Positions 1 to 9,714 of a DNA stretch of 64,000 nt are shown piece by piece (positions within the stretch are counted from its first letter, which is position 1; each line of letters opens with the position of its first letter). The DNA is taken from NCBI GenBank assembly GCA_013001575.1, contig JABDMI010000071.1, positions 1,171-65,170 of the forward strand. The letters run 5' to 3'. The stretch comes from Gammaproteobacteria bacterium. GTDB taxonomy: Bacteria > Pseudomonadota > Gammaproteobacteria > Steroidobacterales > JABDMI01. Below the pieces are notes generated by a model. The model searched no databases. It was not told the origin of the DNA and saw only the letters and a program-made list of their open reading frames with translations. The translations under genes were made by a program, and so were the position numbers.

Positions 1-178
1 ACAAATATTTCTGTGGCTCGGTGAAAAAATAAGCCTATTTCCGCCATCGAAATCTACTGCTGTGAACGTGTCAGTTTTGTCTGACGTCTGCATCAAGCGT
101 ATCTGACAGATTTACTGCTTGTGTTTGAATAGAATGGCGCTGTTCATGGATTGAACCTTTACAAAACAGGGAGTAACT

Positions 179-757
179 ATGTCAGATTCAGGTCTATATA
201 CTGTTCAACTCAACAGCAACACACAAAGCGGTACCACGTTTATCCAATTATTAGTGGTGCTGGTGATCAGCGCAATCATCTCGGGATTGGCACTCCCTGC
301 CTATGCCAACCTGTTGACCAGCCAGCAACGCAGCGCCGCCATGAATGCCTTTCAGCATACTTTATTCAGTGCAAAATTCGAGGCCAATAAAACCCTGGAA
401 AATATCGTCATTTGCCCAAGCCAGGATGCGCATTCCTGCCAACCCGGTTCTTACGATTATTCTTATGGCTGGATCATGTTCATCAACCGCGATAAAGATT
501 ACCCGGTCAAGCGCGATTTGAACGAGGAACTCCTGTATGCCACGCAATTTGATCTGAGTAAGTTTGAGCTGGTCGCGAATCGACAGGCGTTTACCTTCAA
601 ACCCTTACCCAAACGCAGCACCAACGGTACTTTGATGTTTTGTCCGCAGGAAAAATTTATAAAAACGCATAATTATCAGGCGCTTATCATCAGTTACACC
701 GGTCGGCCCAGATTATCGAAGCAAATAACGCAAACGCACAAAAATATTTGTGATTAA
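179..757 (+). CDS. fimT: FimT-type (GspH/FimT family) type IV minor pilin with atypical prepilin signal
   Basis: N-terminal hydrophobic pilin helix SG/TTFIQLLVVLVISAIISGLALPAY; sits first in a fimT-fimU-pilVWXY1E order; C-terminal GRPR (GRxR) motif at 701-712; SD-like GGGAG just upstream of the ATG. Confidence 0.7.
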   Translation: MSDSGLYTVQLNSNTQSGTTFIQLLVVLVISAIISGLALPAYANLLTSQQRSAAMNAFQHTLFSAKFEANKTLENIVICPSQDAHSCQPGSYDYSYGWIMFINRDKDYPVKRDLNEELLYATQFDLSKFELVANRQAFTFKPLPKRSTNGTLMFCPQEKFIKTHNYQALIISYTGRPRLSKQITQTHKNICD

Positions 758-963
758 GCGGGAATGATCAGGATTGAACCAATGTGTTCCAGATGTGAAA
801 CAAAACGATATGTCATTATTTGACATTTTGCTTATTGAATACAACCGTCCGTCCTTTAATTTCAACCGTTAGTCACTGTAAAACCCTTATTAAGCCCTAA
901 AATTTAAGCTTTAGTCACAGAATGGAATTTAAAAACAGTGCACTCAAGATCGAGGCAGACGGA

Positions 964-1557
964 ATGAGACTTGGCGGGCTAAAAAACAAGCAGTACGGCT
1001 TCAACATAGTTGAGCTGATGACCATAGTTTTGGTTGTAGGGATAATTGCGGCCATCTCCGCCCCGAGCTATGAAGCCTTTATCAAAAACCAGGCCATTGC
1101 TTCTGTGAGCACAGAGGTTATAACCGCTTTTCAACTTGCCCGCACCGAGGCCATCAAACGCAGCGTCCCGGTCAAGGTCTGTTTTCGCAACAAGATCAGC
1201 AATGTCGATTGTGAAGATCCGCATCTGGGCTCATCGAATATCAACGAAATAATTATTTTTGTGGACACCAATGCCGATGACGTGCTCGACACGGGAGAAG
1301 AGACTATTTACACCAGCAGTGAATTGAACGACAAGGTCAGTTTGATCCAGGTCGCCAATAATAATGTTGGCGGTAGTATTTTATACAACCAAAAAGGCGG
1401 CGCGACCTTCGAGGCCGGTGACTCCCAGACTTCGGCCTACATTGCTATATGTGATGACCGTGCTTTGAATCGATTCGGGCGCCTGATCACTTTGAGTGCA
1501 ACCGGTAGAGCGACATTAAGCACTTTACCGGATGGCTATGTGGTGACCTGCACATGA
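964..1557 (+). CDS. fimU: FimU-type (GspH family) type IV minor pilin
   Basis: Canonical prepilin motif KQYG/FNIVELM (G-1, F+1, E+5) followed by a hydrophobic helix. I prefer the internal ATG at 964 (GAGG upstream) over the ORF-track start at 922. The stop overlaps the pilV start (ATGA). Confidence 0.8.
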   Translation: MRLGGLKNKQYGFNIVELMTIVLVVGIIAAISAPSYEAFIKNQAIASVSTEVITAFQLARTEAIKRSVPVKVCFRNKISNVDCEDPHLGSSNINEIIIFVDTNADDVLDTGEETIYTSSELNDKVSLIQVANNNVGGSILYNQKGGATFEAGDSQTSAYIAICDDRALNRFGRLITLSATGRATLSTLPDGYVVTCT

Positions 1558-2072
1558 ATACCATGATCCCAAAAATGCAGTTCGTGTCACACTCTCGGGG
1601 TTTCACCCTGATAGAAACCCTGGTGGCACTATTGGTGATCTCTACCGGAATTCTGGCTTTTGCTTTGTTGCAAGTGGAAAGTTTGAAAGCAACCCACACC
1701 TCCATGCAACGCACCAAGGCCATACATTTCGCCACCGATATCATTGAACGTATGCGCGCCAACAAAGCTGCGGTGTCTGCCGGTCAATACAATGCCTCAA
1801 CTGCCGCCCCGGGTGCCAATGCCCCGTTTAATTGTTCCGATGCCGACGGCACCGACGCCATTGATTGCAATGCCTTTCAATTGGCCAGCTTTGACGTCTG
1901 GGAATGGAAAACCGCCTTGTCGGATACCACCGCGAGCAAATCCGGCATCGTGAACGGGCTGGCCTCGATCAATAATACAGACACGGTGTCACCCTACAAT
2001 GTCACCATCACTATTACCTGGAATGACCAGGAACGTAACAGCAGTTATGTTCTGGATACGGTGATATTTTGA
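1554..2072 (+). CDS. pilV: Type IV pilus minor pilin PilV
   Basis: Prepilin motif SRG/FTLIETLVALLVIS; operon position after fimU; start and stop overlap the flanking genes. Confidence 0.85.
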   Translation: MNTMIPKMQFVSHSRGFTLIETLVALLVISTGILAFALLQVESLKATHTSMQRTKAIHFATDIIERMRANKAAVSAGQYNASTAAPGANAPFNCSDADGTDAIDCNAFQLASFDVWEWKTALSDTTASKSGIVNGLASINNTDTVSPYNVTITITWNDQERNSSYVLDTVIF

Positions 2073-3091
2073 TGAATACCTTTGACACAAGCACATTGGC
2101 AAAATGGAAAACCCAGCAAGGGTTCAATCTGATCGAGCTGATGATATCGGTAACGATCGGATCCTTCCTGATCCTGGCAGCGGCTTATGCCTTTCAACAA
2201 GCAAAAAACAGTTACCTGATCAATGAAAATGTCGCCCGCCTGCAAGAACAGGCTCAGTTTGTTCTGGATGGTCTGGACGAAGACCTGCGTCACGCCAATT
2301 TCTGGGGCAAACACAATAGTGTGAATGCCATGACCATTGGCGCGACCATTACCGGTGCGATCAACAATGATTGTAACGATCCGGCCGACACCAGTTTTAA
2401 CGGCTGGGCCTTGAACATTCCCCAGGGCATTCACGGCACCAATAATATCTACCCACCATGGGGCACGGGCTGTATCACGGCTGCGGATTTTGTCGCCAAT
2501 ACAGATTCCCTGGTTATCCGGCATGCCGATACCGCGGAAGTGGCGGATGCGGACCTGGAAGCCGGCAAGATCTATATCTCGAGTCTGGAAACCCCCTTGG
2601 GTGTGGTCTTCAAAGGAACGACACCACCACTCTCAACCGGCACCGAAGCCAAAACCTTTGAAATGGTCTCACATGGTTATTACGTACGCGATTGGGCCTA
2701 CACAGCCAATGACAATATTCCCATGCTCAGACGCATAACTCTGGTGGATGGTGGCGCTGAACCTTCCGTGGCCGATAACGAATTTGCGGTGGGCGTTGAA
2801 GATCTACAAATCGAGTTTGGCATCGATACCTCGTCTTTGGGCAGTCCCGGACGTGGCTCGATAAATCGCTATGTCGCACCGGACAATGCAGTATTGAACA
2901 ACCCCGGTGTCACCATACGCTCGGTCAGAGTGTGGCTGTTAATGCGTTCGCAGTTTCCCGAACAGAATTACACCAACACCACCACCTACGCTTATGGCGA
3001 CAAGAACGGGCTGAGTGCGTACACCCCGGATGATGCATTCCGACGTTTACTCGTCAGTCGTACATACCAGATACGCAACATGGAGATCTAG
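2072..3091 (+). CDS. pilW: Type IV pilus minor pilin PilW
   Basis: Prepilin motif QQG/FNLIELMISVTIGSFL; about 340 aa as expected for PilW; the ATG overlaps the pilV stop (TGATG). Confidence 0.85.
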   Translation: MNTFDTSTLAKWKTQQGFNLIELMISVTIGSFLILAAAYAFQQAKNSYLINENVARLQEQAQFVLDGLDEDLRHANFWGKHNSVNAMTIGATITGAINNDCNDPADTSFNGWALNIPQGIHGTNNIYPPWGTGCITAADFVANTDSLVIRHADTAEVADADLEAGKIYISSLETPLGVVFKGTTPPLSTGTEAKTFEMVSHGYYVRDWAYTANDNIPMLRRITLVDGGAEPSVADNEFAVGVEDLQIEFGIDTSSLGSPGRGSINRYVAPDNAVLNNPGVTIRSVRVWLLMRSQFPEQNYTNTTTYAYGDKNGLSAYTPDDAFRRLLVSRTYQIRNMEI

Positions 3092-3111
3092 CGAATTGCT
3101 ATTAGTGAAAA

Positions 3112-3591
3112 ATGAAAATTAACCAAAACAAAATAATTAATCAGCAGCAAGGCTCAACCTTGTTCATATGTCTGGTCATGCTGCTTGCGATCAGCATCGT
3201 CAGCCTGGCTGGCATGAAAAATTCGGTGCTGGAACTGGTCATTGCCAATAACAAACAACAGTTCAATAATACCTTTCAGGCGGCCGAAGCGGTAATAGAT
3301 GCACGCCTGAATGCCTTGTCGGTGACACTCGATGGGTCGGAAGTTCCGGATGCCGAAAAAACCACCCTGGCACAAACCACCGATGTTTTCAGCAGTGCCG
3401 ACACCAGTAAAAAAATTGCCACCGTCAACACCCGGGTGTTTTACCGCACCGAGGGACCATCCCTGGGCTGGGACATCAACAAAGGCGTCGCCCATCACTT
3501 TCAGATGGAAGCCGTGGCAACCGCACCTGCAAAAAATGCAGTGGCCAATTACCGCATCGGGTTTTACGTAGTTGCGCCATCAACCAAATGA
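3112..3591 (+). CDS. pilX: Type IV pilus minor pilin PilX (PilX N-terminal domain)
   Basis: N-terminus QQQGSTLFICLVMLLAISIVSLAGM is typical of PilX-family proteins; position between pilW and pilY1. Confidence 0.75.
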   Translation: MKINQNKIINQQQGSTLFICLVMLLAISIVSLAGMKNSVLELVIANNKQQFNNTFQAAEAVIDARLNALSVTLDGSEVPDAEKTTLAQTTDVFSSADTSKKIATVNTRVFYRTEGPSLGWDINKGVAHHFQMEAVATAPAKNAVANYRIGFYVVAPSTK

Positions 3592-3664
3592 CAACCAAAT
3601 GAAGAGACAGACAACAATTTAATTTTTAAACCATGGAATAAGCTAATTTCGCATCGAGAATATT

Positions 3665-6600
3665 ATGAAAACTCTCACCACAAACTGGACACAACGGATT
3701 CTGACCTTATTTAAGCAATTGGCTCTGCTTGCCTTATTTCCCTGTGTGCTCTTCACTGCGGCCACCTACGCCGACGACACCGAGATCTTTGTCAAGAGTT
3801 CCACCTATGAAGGCGCTGCACCAAACGTGTTGATCATGCTGGATTCTTCCTCGAGCATGAACCAGAGCATTGAATACGTCGATGGCTACGACGCTACAGT
3901 TGCAACACCGGCGGCGGCCTCTGCGCCCTGTGACGAAAGCAAGATCTATGTCAAAACCGGCACCAACAACCAATTACCCTCTTGTGGCAACAACTCCGAC
4001 ACCATTTTGGTGTCGGCCATGCGCTGTCGGGACATTGTCGAGTTCATGCTGGAGGTCGGCTCGCTGAATGACCGTGTGCATCAATGGGATGAAGACAGTG
4101 GTACCTGGGGTGCGTTTGGGCACGCCAGTAACGCCAATATGGAAACTGCTCCGATCGAATGTTTGAACGACCAGGGCAAACACGGTGATTTACAGATATT
4201 AACAGCAGCAAGTGGTCAGGTTGAATTGGACACTACCACCTTCCCGATAAAAACCACCCCAGATCCTTACATCACAAATTCAGGACCGGTGGACCCTGAC
4301 AGTAATATTAAAGCCGCCTGGTCAGAAACCGAAGACACCAGTATTGTCTGGGGTGATGACAAGTTCGTGACTTTCTACACCGGGCATTTCCTGAATTATG
4401 CCCATTACGTCATTGACAACAAAAATGATCCGGCCTTTGCCGATGCCTATCACAGCACCAGCGGTGTGCAACTCGCTATCACCGCTATGTCCCAGATCGT
4501 TGATGAATACGATGATTTCAATATGGGTATTGCCCGCTACAACGCAGGTGGTAATAAAACGGCGTCAATATTAATGCCCGTAGTACCACTGGATGACTCC
4601 GAGACCAAGTTAGAAATAATTGGGAATTACATCGAGGCATTTGGTAAAAAAGATGGCACTATTCTGCCAAATTCCAGACCGACAGCCAATTACGTGACCA
4701 CCGAAGACAACAGTTTTTCCGGGGGCCAGCCTATGGCATCTGGCCAATATGAGGCGTATCGTTACTTTAGAGGGCTTTCACCGCATGGCGGTGGGACTGC
4801 CTCACAAAATTTCACCTTGCTTGACGCGGATCCACAACCACATCCTCCCACCACAAATATCCCGTCAGCAATTGACTCTAATGGCGAATACATTTCTCCG
4901 ATCGATGCGATAGACGGTGTTTGCCAGGGGAATTACGTCTTATATCTAACTGCCTCAGGCACATCGTCGGATCAAACTGCCCCTCAGATCAATGATGCCA
5001 TCGGCTGGACCGCGGATGGTACCCAACATGAATTGGAAGGGAATCATGGTAAATGTGGACAAGGCAATGATGAATGTCTGGATGACCTGACCCAGTTCAT
5101 GTATGAACACGATCTGCGCGATGACATTGCAAATGGTATTGACGAGAACGGTGACCCGGTTTTGCAAAACGTGACCACTTACGGTATTTCCATAAACGCC
5201 AGTGCCGAGGACCTTGACGAAGCCGCCGTTCTGGGCGGTGGTAAATTCCGTAAGGCTGAAAACCCTGGAGCCATCACCGCTTTATTGCGTGAAGTGCTGA
5301 ACGAGATAATTGGCCAAAACACCACCTTTGTCGCCCCGTCCATCTCTGTGAATAACTTCAACCGCCTCGAGAACCGCGACGAATTGTATTACTCGCTGTT
5401 CACGCCAACCGAAACCCGGGTCTGGGAAGGTAACCTGAAAAAGTACAAGTTCGATGACGGCGAAATTATTGATGCCAATACGGTGGCAGCTATCGATCCT
5501 GCCACAGGTTCTTTTTACGACTACGCATTAAGTTTCTGGACAGACTCTTCTGCCGCCGAATTGCAAAACCCTAAATTAGTCAAAGTGCTTGGTGCTGACG
5601 GCAATGTTTCCGGTTTAGGCGGATTCGCCAGCCGCTTAACCACCACATCGAGAAAAGTTTACACCCACAAAGATGACAATGTCGGATTACTGAATCTTGA
5701 TCTTAGTCAAGACAGCAAACATAAATTGCACGAAACCGATAACAACTACATCACCAAGTCATTATTGGGCGATAGCAGCATGAGTGATGAATACTTTACC
5801 GAACTGGTGCGATGGGGTCGTGGCGTGGTGGTGACCACCGATGGCACCACCACCTCGGAAACCTCGACCAAGTTCGTTGGCGACCTGCTACACACAACCC
5901 CGGCCATCATTTCTTATAACACCGGGACCGCGGAAAATCCGGTGGTGGATCAGGCCTTGTTCTTCGGTACTAATAATGGCTTTATACACGGTGTAAATGC
6001 CGACCCACAGACCTTGACCGAGAATATGGAATATTTTGCTTATGCGCCATACGAAACCCTGGTGAACCTGGATACCTACTACACCAATGAAGAATCCATA
6101 GACAAACTCTACGGTATCGACGGACCGGTGACTTTCTGGAATAACGACATCGTCGAAGAAAACCTGCTGGTCGACAGCGGCGAAACCGCGATGCTGTACG
6201 CAACCCAACGCCGTGGCGGTCGTAATATCTATGCCATGGATGTGAGCGATTACAATAATCCGGAACTGGTCTGGAAGATTCGCGGTGGTCAGGGCGATTT
6301 CACTGAATTGGGTCAAACCTGGTCGGCGGTGCAACACGCCTCCATCGCCAATGCTGACCCCACAGAAGACCCGATCGATGTGGTTATTTTTGCCGGTGGT
6401 TATGATGAGAATCAGGACACATTGATCAGTGCCACGGCTCCGGCATCTGCACTTGATGCCAGCATGGGCCGCGCGGTGTATATCGTAAACGCCAATACCG
6501 GTGAATTGCTCTGGCACGCAAGCCATGATCAAACCGGCACTACAGCCATCGCAGCCGATCAGTATGCCGATATGCAATACGCCATTCCCTCCGACATTCG

Positions 6601-7624
6601 CATCATCGACAGTAATTACGATGGACACTCGGATCGCTTGTATTTTGGTGATCTGGGTGGCCAGGTGTGGCGTTTTGACATTGATAATTATGTGACTAAC
6701 TCGGATGAGATCACCGCGAGTGGCGGGGTACTGGCCAAACTCAGTCCGGGGGCATCCACCAATACAAATACCGGGCTGACCAATATTCGCTTTTTCTCCG
6801 CCCCAAGTGTCGCTCCGGTCGACAACAGCGTGTACGGACGCTATTTATCCATTGCCATCGGTTCGGGTTATCGCGCCCACCCGCTGGACGAAGTCTTGAA
6901 CGATAAATTCTATATGTTGAAAGACTACGCAGTGAACAACAAGCCCGACTTCAGTACCCTGCCCGTGATCTACGATAACGGCGATACGACGGCACCAACA
7001 ACTCATAAGCTTCTCGACGTCACCTCGATCGCACAAGCAGGTTCACAATTAAAAGCTTACGGCGGTTTTGTTATTGATCTTAATAGCGGCCCTGGTGAAA
7101 AGATCCTGAATCCGGCCATTACCGGTGACAACAAGATATTTTTCACCACCTATGTGCCTGAATCCGAAAGTGCCCCGAGTAACAGTTGTGCCCCTAATGC
7201 ACAACTCGGTAAATCCAAACTCTATGCCGTGTCCTTGTTTGATGGCGGTGTGACAGACGTATTCCTGGAAGAAACCTACACTATTGGCACCAACGAAGAC
7301 GGTGATATCGTTGTCACTACCTCTGATGGTGACACCTATGTGTTGACCGATGGCGATGAGATAGTCACCAATCCCGATGGCAGCGTGGTGATTGTATTTG
7401 ATGATGGCACTGAGGTCACGATCCTGGACGCAGCCGATTCTGACCAGGATACCGGCAACCGTTCCACCGATCTCAATGAGGCCGGCATATCCGCCAATCC
7501 GGTATTCGTGTTCGAGACCGGGGATACTGGTGGAACCAATGTGAGTGTATTGATCGGTAAAGAAGCTGTAGACCCGAGCATTACCAATAATCCGGTCAAG
7601 ACCTACTGGCATCGCATGGAATAA
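3665..7624 (+). CDS. pilY1: Type IV pilus tip adhesin/biogenesis factor PilY1 (N-terminal vWA-like domain, C-terminal PilY1 beta-propeller domain)
   Basis: 1319 aa with a signal peptide. DxSxS MIDAS-like motif (LDSSSSM, 3842-3856). EF-hand-like loop DSNYDGHSD followed by RLYFGDLGGQVWRFD (6608-6634), typical of the PilY1 C-terminal domain. Correct operon position. Confidence 0.9.
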   Translation: MKTLTTNWTQRILTLFKQLALLALFPCVLFTAATYADDTEIFVKSSTYEGAAPNVLIMLDSSSSMNQSIEYVDGYDATVATPAAASAPCDESKIYVKTGTNNQLPSCGNNSDTILVSAMRCRDIVEFMLEVGSLNDRVHQWDEDSGTWGAFGHASNANMETAPIECLNDQGKHGDLQILTAASGQVELDTTTFPIKTTPDPYITNSGPVDPDSNIKAAWSETEDTSIVWGDDKFVTFYTGHFLNYAHYVIDNKNDPAFADAYHSTSGVQLAITAMSQIVDEYDDFNMGIARYNAGGNKTASILMPVVPLDDSETKLEIIGNYIEAFGKKDGTILPNSRPTANYVTTEDNSFSGGQPMASGQYEAYRYFRGLSPHGGGTASQNFTLLDADPQPHPPTTNIPSAIDSNGEYISPIDAIDGVCQGNYVLYLTASGTSSDQTAPQINDAIGWTADGTQHELEGNHGKCGQGNDECLDDLTQFMYEHDLRDDIANGIDENGDPVLQNVTTYGISINASAEDLDEAAVLGGGKFRKAENPGAITALLREVLNEIIGQNTTFVAPSISVNNFNRLENRDELYYSLFTPTETRVWEGNLKKYKFDDGEIIDANTVAAIDPATGSFYDYALSFWTDSSAAELQNPKLVKVLGADGNVSGLGGFASRLTTTSRKVYTHKDDNVGLLNLDLSQDSKHKLHETDNNYITKSLLGDSSMSDEYFTELVRWGRGVVVTTDGTTTSETSTKFVGDLLHTTPAIISYNTGTAENPVVDQALFFGTNNGFIHGVNADPQTLTENMEYFAYAPYETLVNLDTYYTNEESIDKLYGIDGPVTFWNNDIVEENLLVDSGETAMLYATQRRGGRNIYAMDVSDYNNPELVWKIRGGQGDFTELGQTWSAVQHASIANADPTEDPIDVVIFAGGYDENQDTLISATAPASALDASMGRAVYIVNANTGELLWHASHDQTGTTAIAADQYADMQYAIPSDIRIIDSNYDGHSDRLYFGDLGGQVWRFDIDNYVTNSDEITASGGVLAKLSPGASTNTNTGLTNIRFFSAPSVAPVDNSVYGRYLSIAIGSGYRAHPLDEVLNDKFYMLKDYAVNNKPDFSTLPVIYDNGDTTAPTTHKLLDVTSIAQAGSQLKAYGGFVIDLNSGPGEKILNPAITGDNKIFFTTYVPESESAPSNSCAPNAQLGKSKLYAVSLFDGGVTDVFLEETYTIGTNEDGDIVVTTSDGDTYVLTDGDEIVTNPDGSVVIVFDDGTEVTILDAADSDQDTGNRSTDLNEAGISANPVFVFETGDTGGTNVSVLIGKEAVDPSITNNPVKTYWHRME

Positions 7625-7665
7625 AAAACAATAACATTGCTTTTTAGCAATAATGGAATTACAGA

Positions 7666-8148
7666 ATGTTAAAAAATTGCGTTCAACAAAATAAACAAAG
7701 TGGATTTACTCTCATTGAGTTGATGGTAACGGTTGCTATTATTGGTATTCTGGTCGGCTTGGCCTACCCCAGTTATGAACGCTATTTGATTCGTTCTTAT
7801 CGGGTTGACGCCAAAACCGCGTTACTTAAAATTCGTGCCGAGCAGGAAAAGAATTACCTGGAAAACAACACCTATCTGAATGATGCGGCGTTTAAAACCG
7901 CGAATACGGCTAACAACTGGTTTCAGGTGAGCGGTAGCAATGTTCTGACCGAGAACGGTTATTACACTTTAAGCATTGAACAGATCGGAACTACTCCGTT
8001 CACGGAAAATTTTTCTGCCAAAGCCACCGTGGTTTCCACTAACTACCAATCCAAAGACAAGGATTGCGCCTCCTTTAGTATCAACAGCAGTGGGGTTAAG
8101 TCAGCGGTGGCCGGAACCGGCGGTGACGCCAGCAAGTGTTGGAAATAG
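7666..8148 (+). CDS. pilE: Type IV minor pilin PilE
   Basis: Prepilin motif KQSG/FTLIELMVTVAIIGIL; C-terminal Cys pair (DCASF...SKCW); last gene of the minor-pilin operon. Confidence 0.85.
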   Translation: MLKNCVQQNKQSGFTLIELMVTVAIIGILVGLAYPSYERYLIRSYRVDAKTALLKIRAEQEKNYLENNTYLNDAAFKTANTANNWFQVSGSNVLTENGYYTLSIEQIGTTPFTENFSAKATVVSTNYQSKDKDCASFSINSSGVKSAVAGTGGDASKCWK

Positions 8149-8179
8149 AGTATTAGTTAAGCGGCTAATTAAACTTTAA

Positions 8180-9115
8180 TCAGCGCTTGAGTAATTTCGG
8201 CAATGAAAAGGTGATGGTTTCAACCGCGCCGCTGGTTTCCTGCGCGGCCACACCGCCCCATTCCTTGAGTTGATCCACCACGCCCTGCACCAGTAATTCC
8301 GGGGCCGAGGCACCGGCGGTTAAGCCCACCTTATTGACCTTGTTAAACCAGTCGGCTTGTAGATCTTCGGCACCATCGATCAAATAGCCCGGCACATTGG
8401 CCTTGTCGGCCAGTTCACGCAGGCGGTTGGAATTGGAACTGTTGGGTGAACCAACCACCAGCAATACATCACAGTCCGCCACCAGTTGTTTAACCGCATC
8501 TTGACGGTTCTGGGTGGCATAGCAAATGTCTTCCTTGCGTGGGCTTTTCACTTCGGGGAAGCGTTGCTTGATGGCTTCAACAATGTCATTGGTATCATCT
8601 ACTGACAAAGTGGTTTGGGTCACAAAGGCTAATTGAGCCGGATCGGACACCTCCAGTGACTTCACGTCGTCAACGGTCTCAACCAAATGAATCGTGCCGC
8701 CGTTACTGTCGTCGAATTGACCCATGGTGCCCTCCACTTCCGGATGTCCTGCATGTCCGATCAACAACACCTGGCGTCCATCTTCGCCGTAGCGTTTCAC
8801 TTCCATGTGGACTTTGGTGACCAATGGACAAGTGGCATCAAAGACTCGCAAGTCACGACGCCGGGCTTCGTCCTGTACAGCTTTGGATACGCCATGCGCG
8901 GAAAAGATTACCGTGGCATTGTCGGGGACTTCCTCGAGCTCATCCACAAAGATCGCACCTTTGTCCTTGAGCGAATCCACCACAAATTTGTTATGCACCA
9001 CTTCATGCCGCACATAGATGGGTGCACCAAACAACTCGATGGCACGTTTGACTATATCGATGGCGCGATCAACACCGGCACAAAATCCTCGGGGGTTGGC
9101 AAGTAGAATTTGCAT
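8180..9115 (-). CDS. ispH: 4-hydroxy-3-methylbut-2-enyl diphosphate reductase
   Basis: Full-length IspH/LytB-like sequence ([19 protein letters not shown]..., conserved Cys at CAGV, ATCPLV and ICYATQNRQ). Confidence 0.95.
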   Translation of the reverse strand: MQILLANPRGFCAGVDRAIDIVKRAIELFGAPIYVRHEVVHNKFVVDSLKDKGAIFVDELEEVPDNATVIFSAHGVSKAVQDEARRRDLRVFDATCPLVTKVHMEVKRYGEDGRQVLLIGHAGHPEVEGTMGQFDDSNGGTIHLVETVDDVKSLEVSDPAQLAFVTQTTLSVDDTNDIVEAIKQRFPEVKSPRKEDICYATQNRQDAVKQLVADCDVLLVVGSPNSSNSNRLRELADKANVPGYLIDGAEDLQADWFNKVNKVGLTAGASAPELLVQGVVDQLKEWGGVAAQETSGAVETITFSLPKLLKR

Positions 9116-9119
9116 GCTA

Positions 9120-9710
9120 TTAAGACTCGTCCGGGACAGATGGTTTCATGGCAGCCAGGGCTTTTTCTTTTTTCACTTCCTGCCACCAGTCTATGAGCAG
9201 GAATATTGCCCCGCAGAAAATTGCCATATCGGCCACATTGAAGGCCGGATACCGGCCATTGGGAAACAGGAATTTAAGGAGCGGTATTTGCCCGAAGGGT
9301 TGGTAATGAAAAGACAGGAAATCCACCACATAACCATAGTTGATGCGGTCAATCACATTGCCCAGGGCGCCGGCCATCACCAGGCTTAATGCCAGAGCGA
9401 GAATTTTTTGATCTTTTTTGGCAAAACGGAAAAACCAGATAATGATGCCGGTACACACTATGGCTGAAAGACTGATAAAGAACGGCTTTTGCCAACCGCC
9501 GGCGTCGCTCAAAAAGCTGAAGGCCGCGCCGTAATTTCGTAAATAATACAGATCGAAATAGGACGTGACCACCAGGCGCTCACCGTATTCAAAACGCTGT
9601 ACGATCTCGAATTTAGTCCATTGATCCAGCACCACCAACAGCAAACTGAAACCAATGAACCAGAAACAGGCTTTGGTAGAGAGTTGTGCTTTTTCGGTGT
9701 TTGTATTCAT
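9120..9710 (-). CDS. lspA: Lipoprotein signal peptidase II
   Basis: Multi-TM protein with LspA motifs ([25 protein letters not shown]). Start placed at the internal ATG 9710 so that it follows the ileS stop by 4 nt; the ORF-track start at 9752 would overlap ileS. Confidence 0.9.
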   Translation of the reverse strand: MNTNTEKAQLSTKACFWFIGFSLLLVVLDQWTKFEIVQRFEYGERLVVTSYFDLYYLRNYGAAFSFLSDAGGWQKPFFISLSAIVCTGIIIWFFRFAKKDQKILALALSLVMAGALGNVIDRINYGYVVDFLSFHYQPFGQIPLLKFLFPNGRYPAFNVADMAIFCGAIFLLIDWWQEVKKEKALAAMKPSVPDES

Positions 9711-9714
9711 GCTG

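Noticed and set aside
1-178. Possible gene end or regulatory element at the left window edge
   Set aside because: There are only short inverted or direct repeats (GTCAG/CTGAC, TCTGAC) and no interpretable ORF. The context is too limited to call anything.
5888-6628. 246-aa ORF on the minus strand inside pilY1
   Set aside because: It lies entirely antisense to a well-supported 1319-aa PilY1 gene. Its composition is low-complexity (G/V/I/R-rich) with no recognisable motif, so it looks like a typical shadow ORF.
7049-7612. 187-aa minus-strand ORF at the 3' end of pilY1
   Set aside because: It is antisense to the PilY1 C-terminal coding region and mirrors its repeats. There is no SD or family resemblance.
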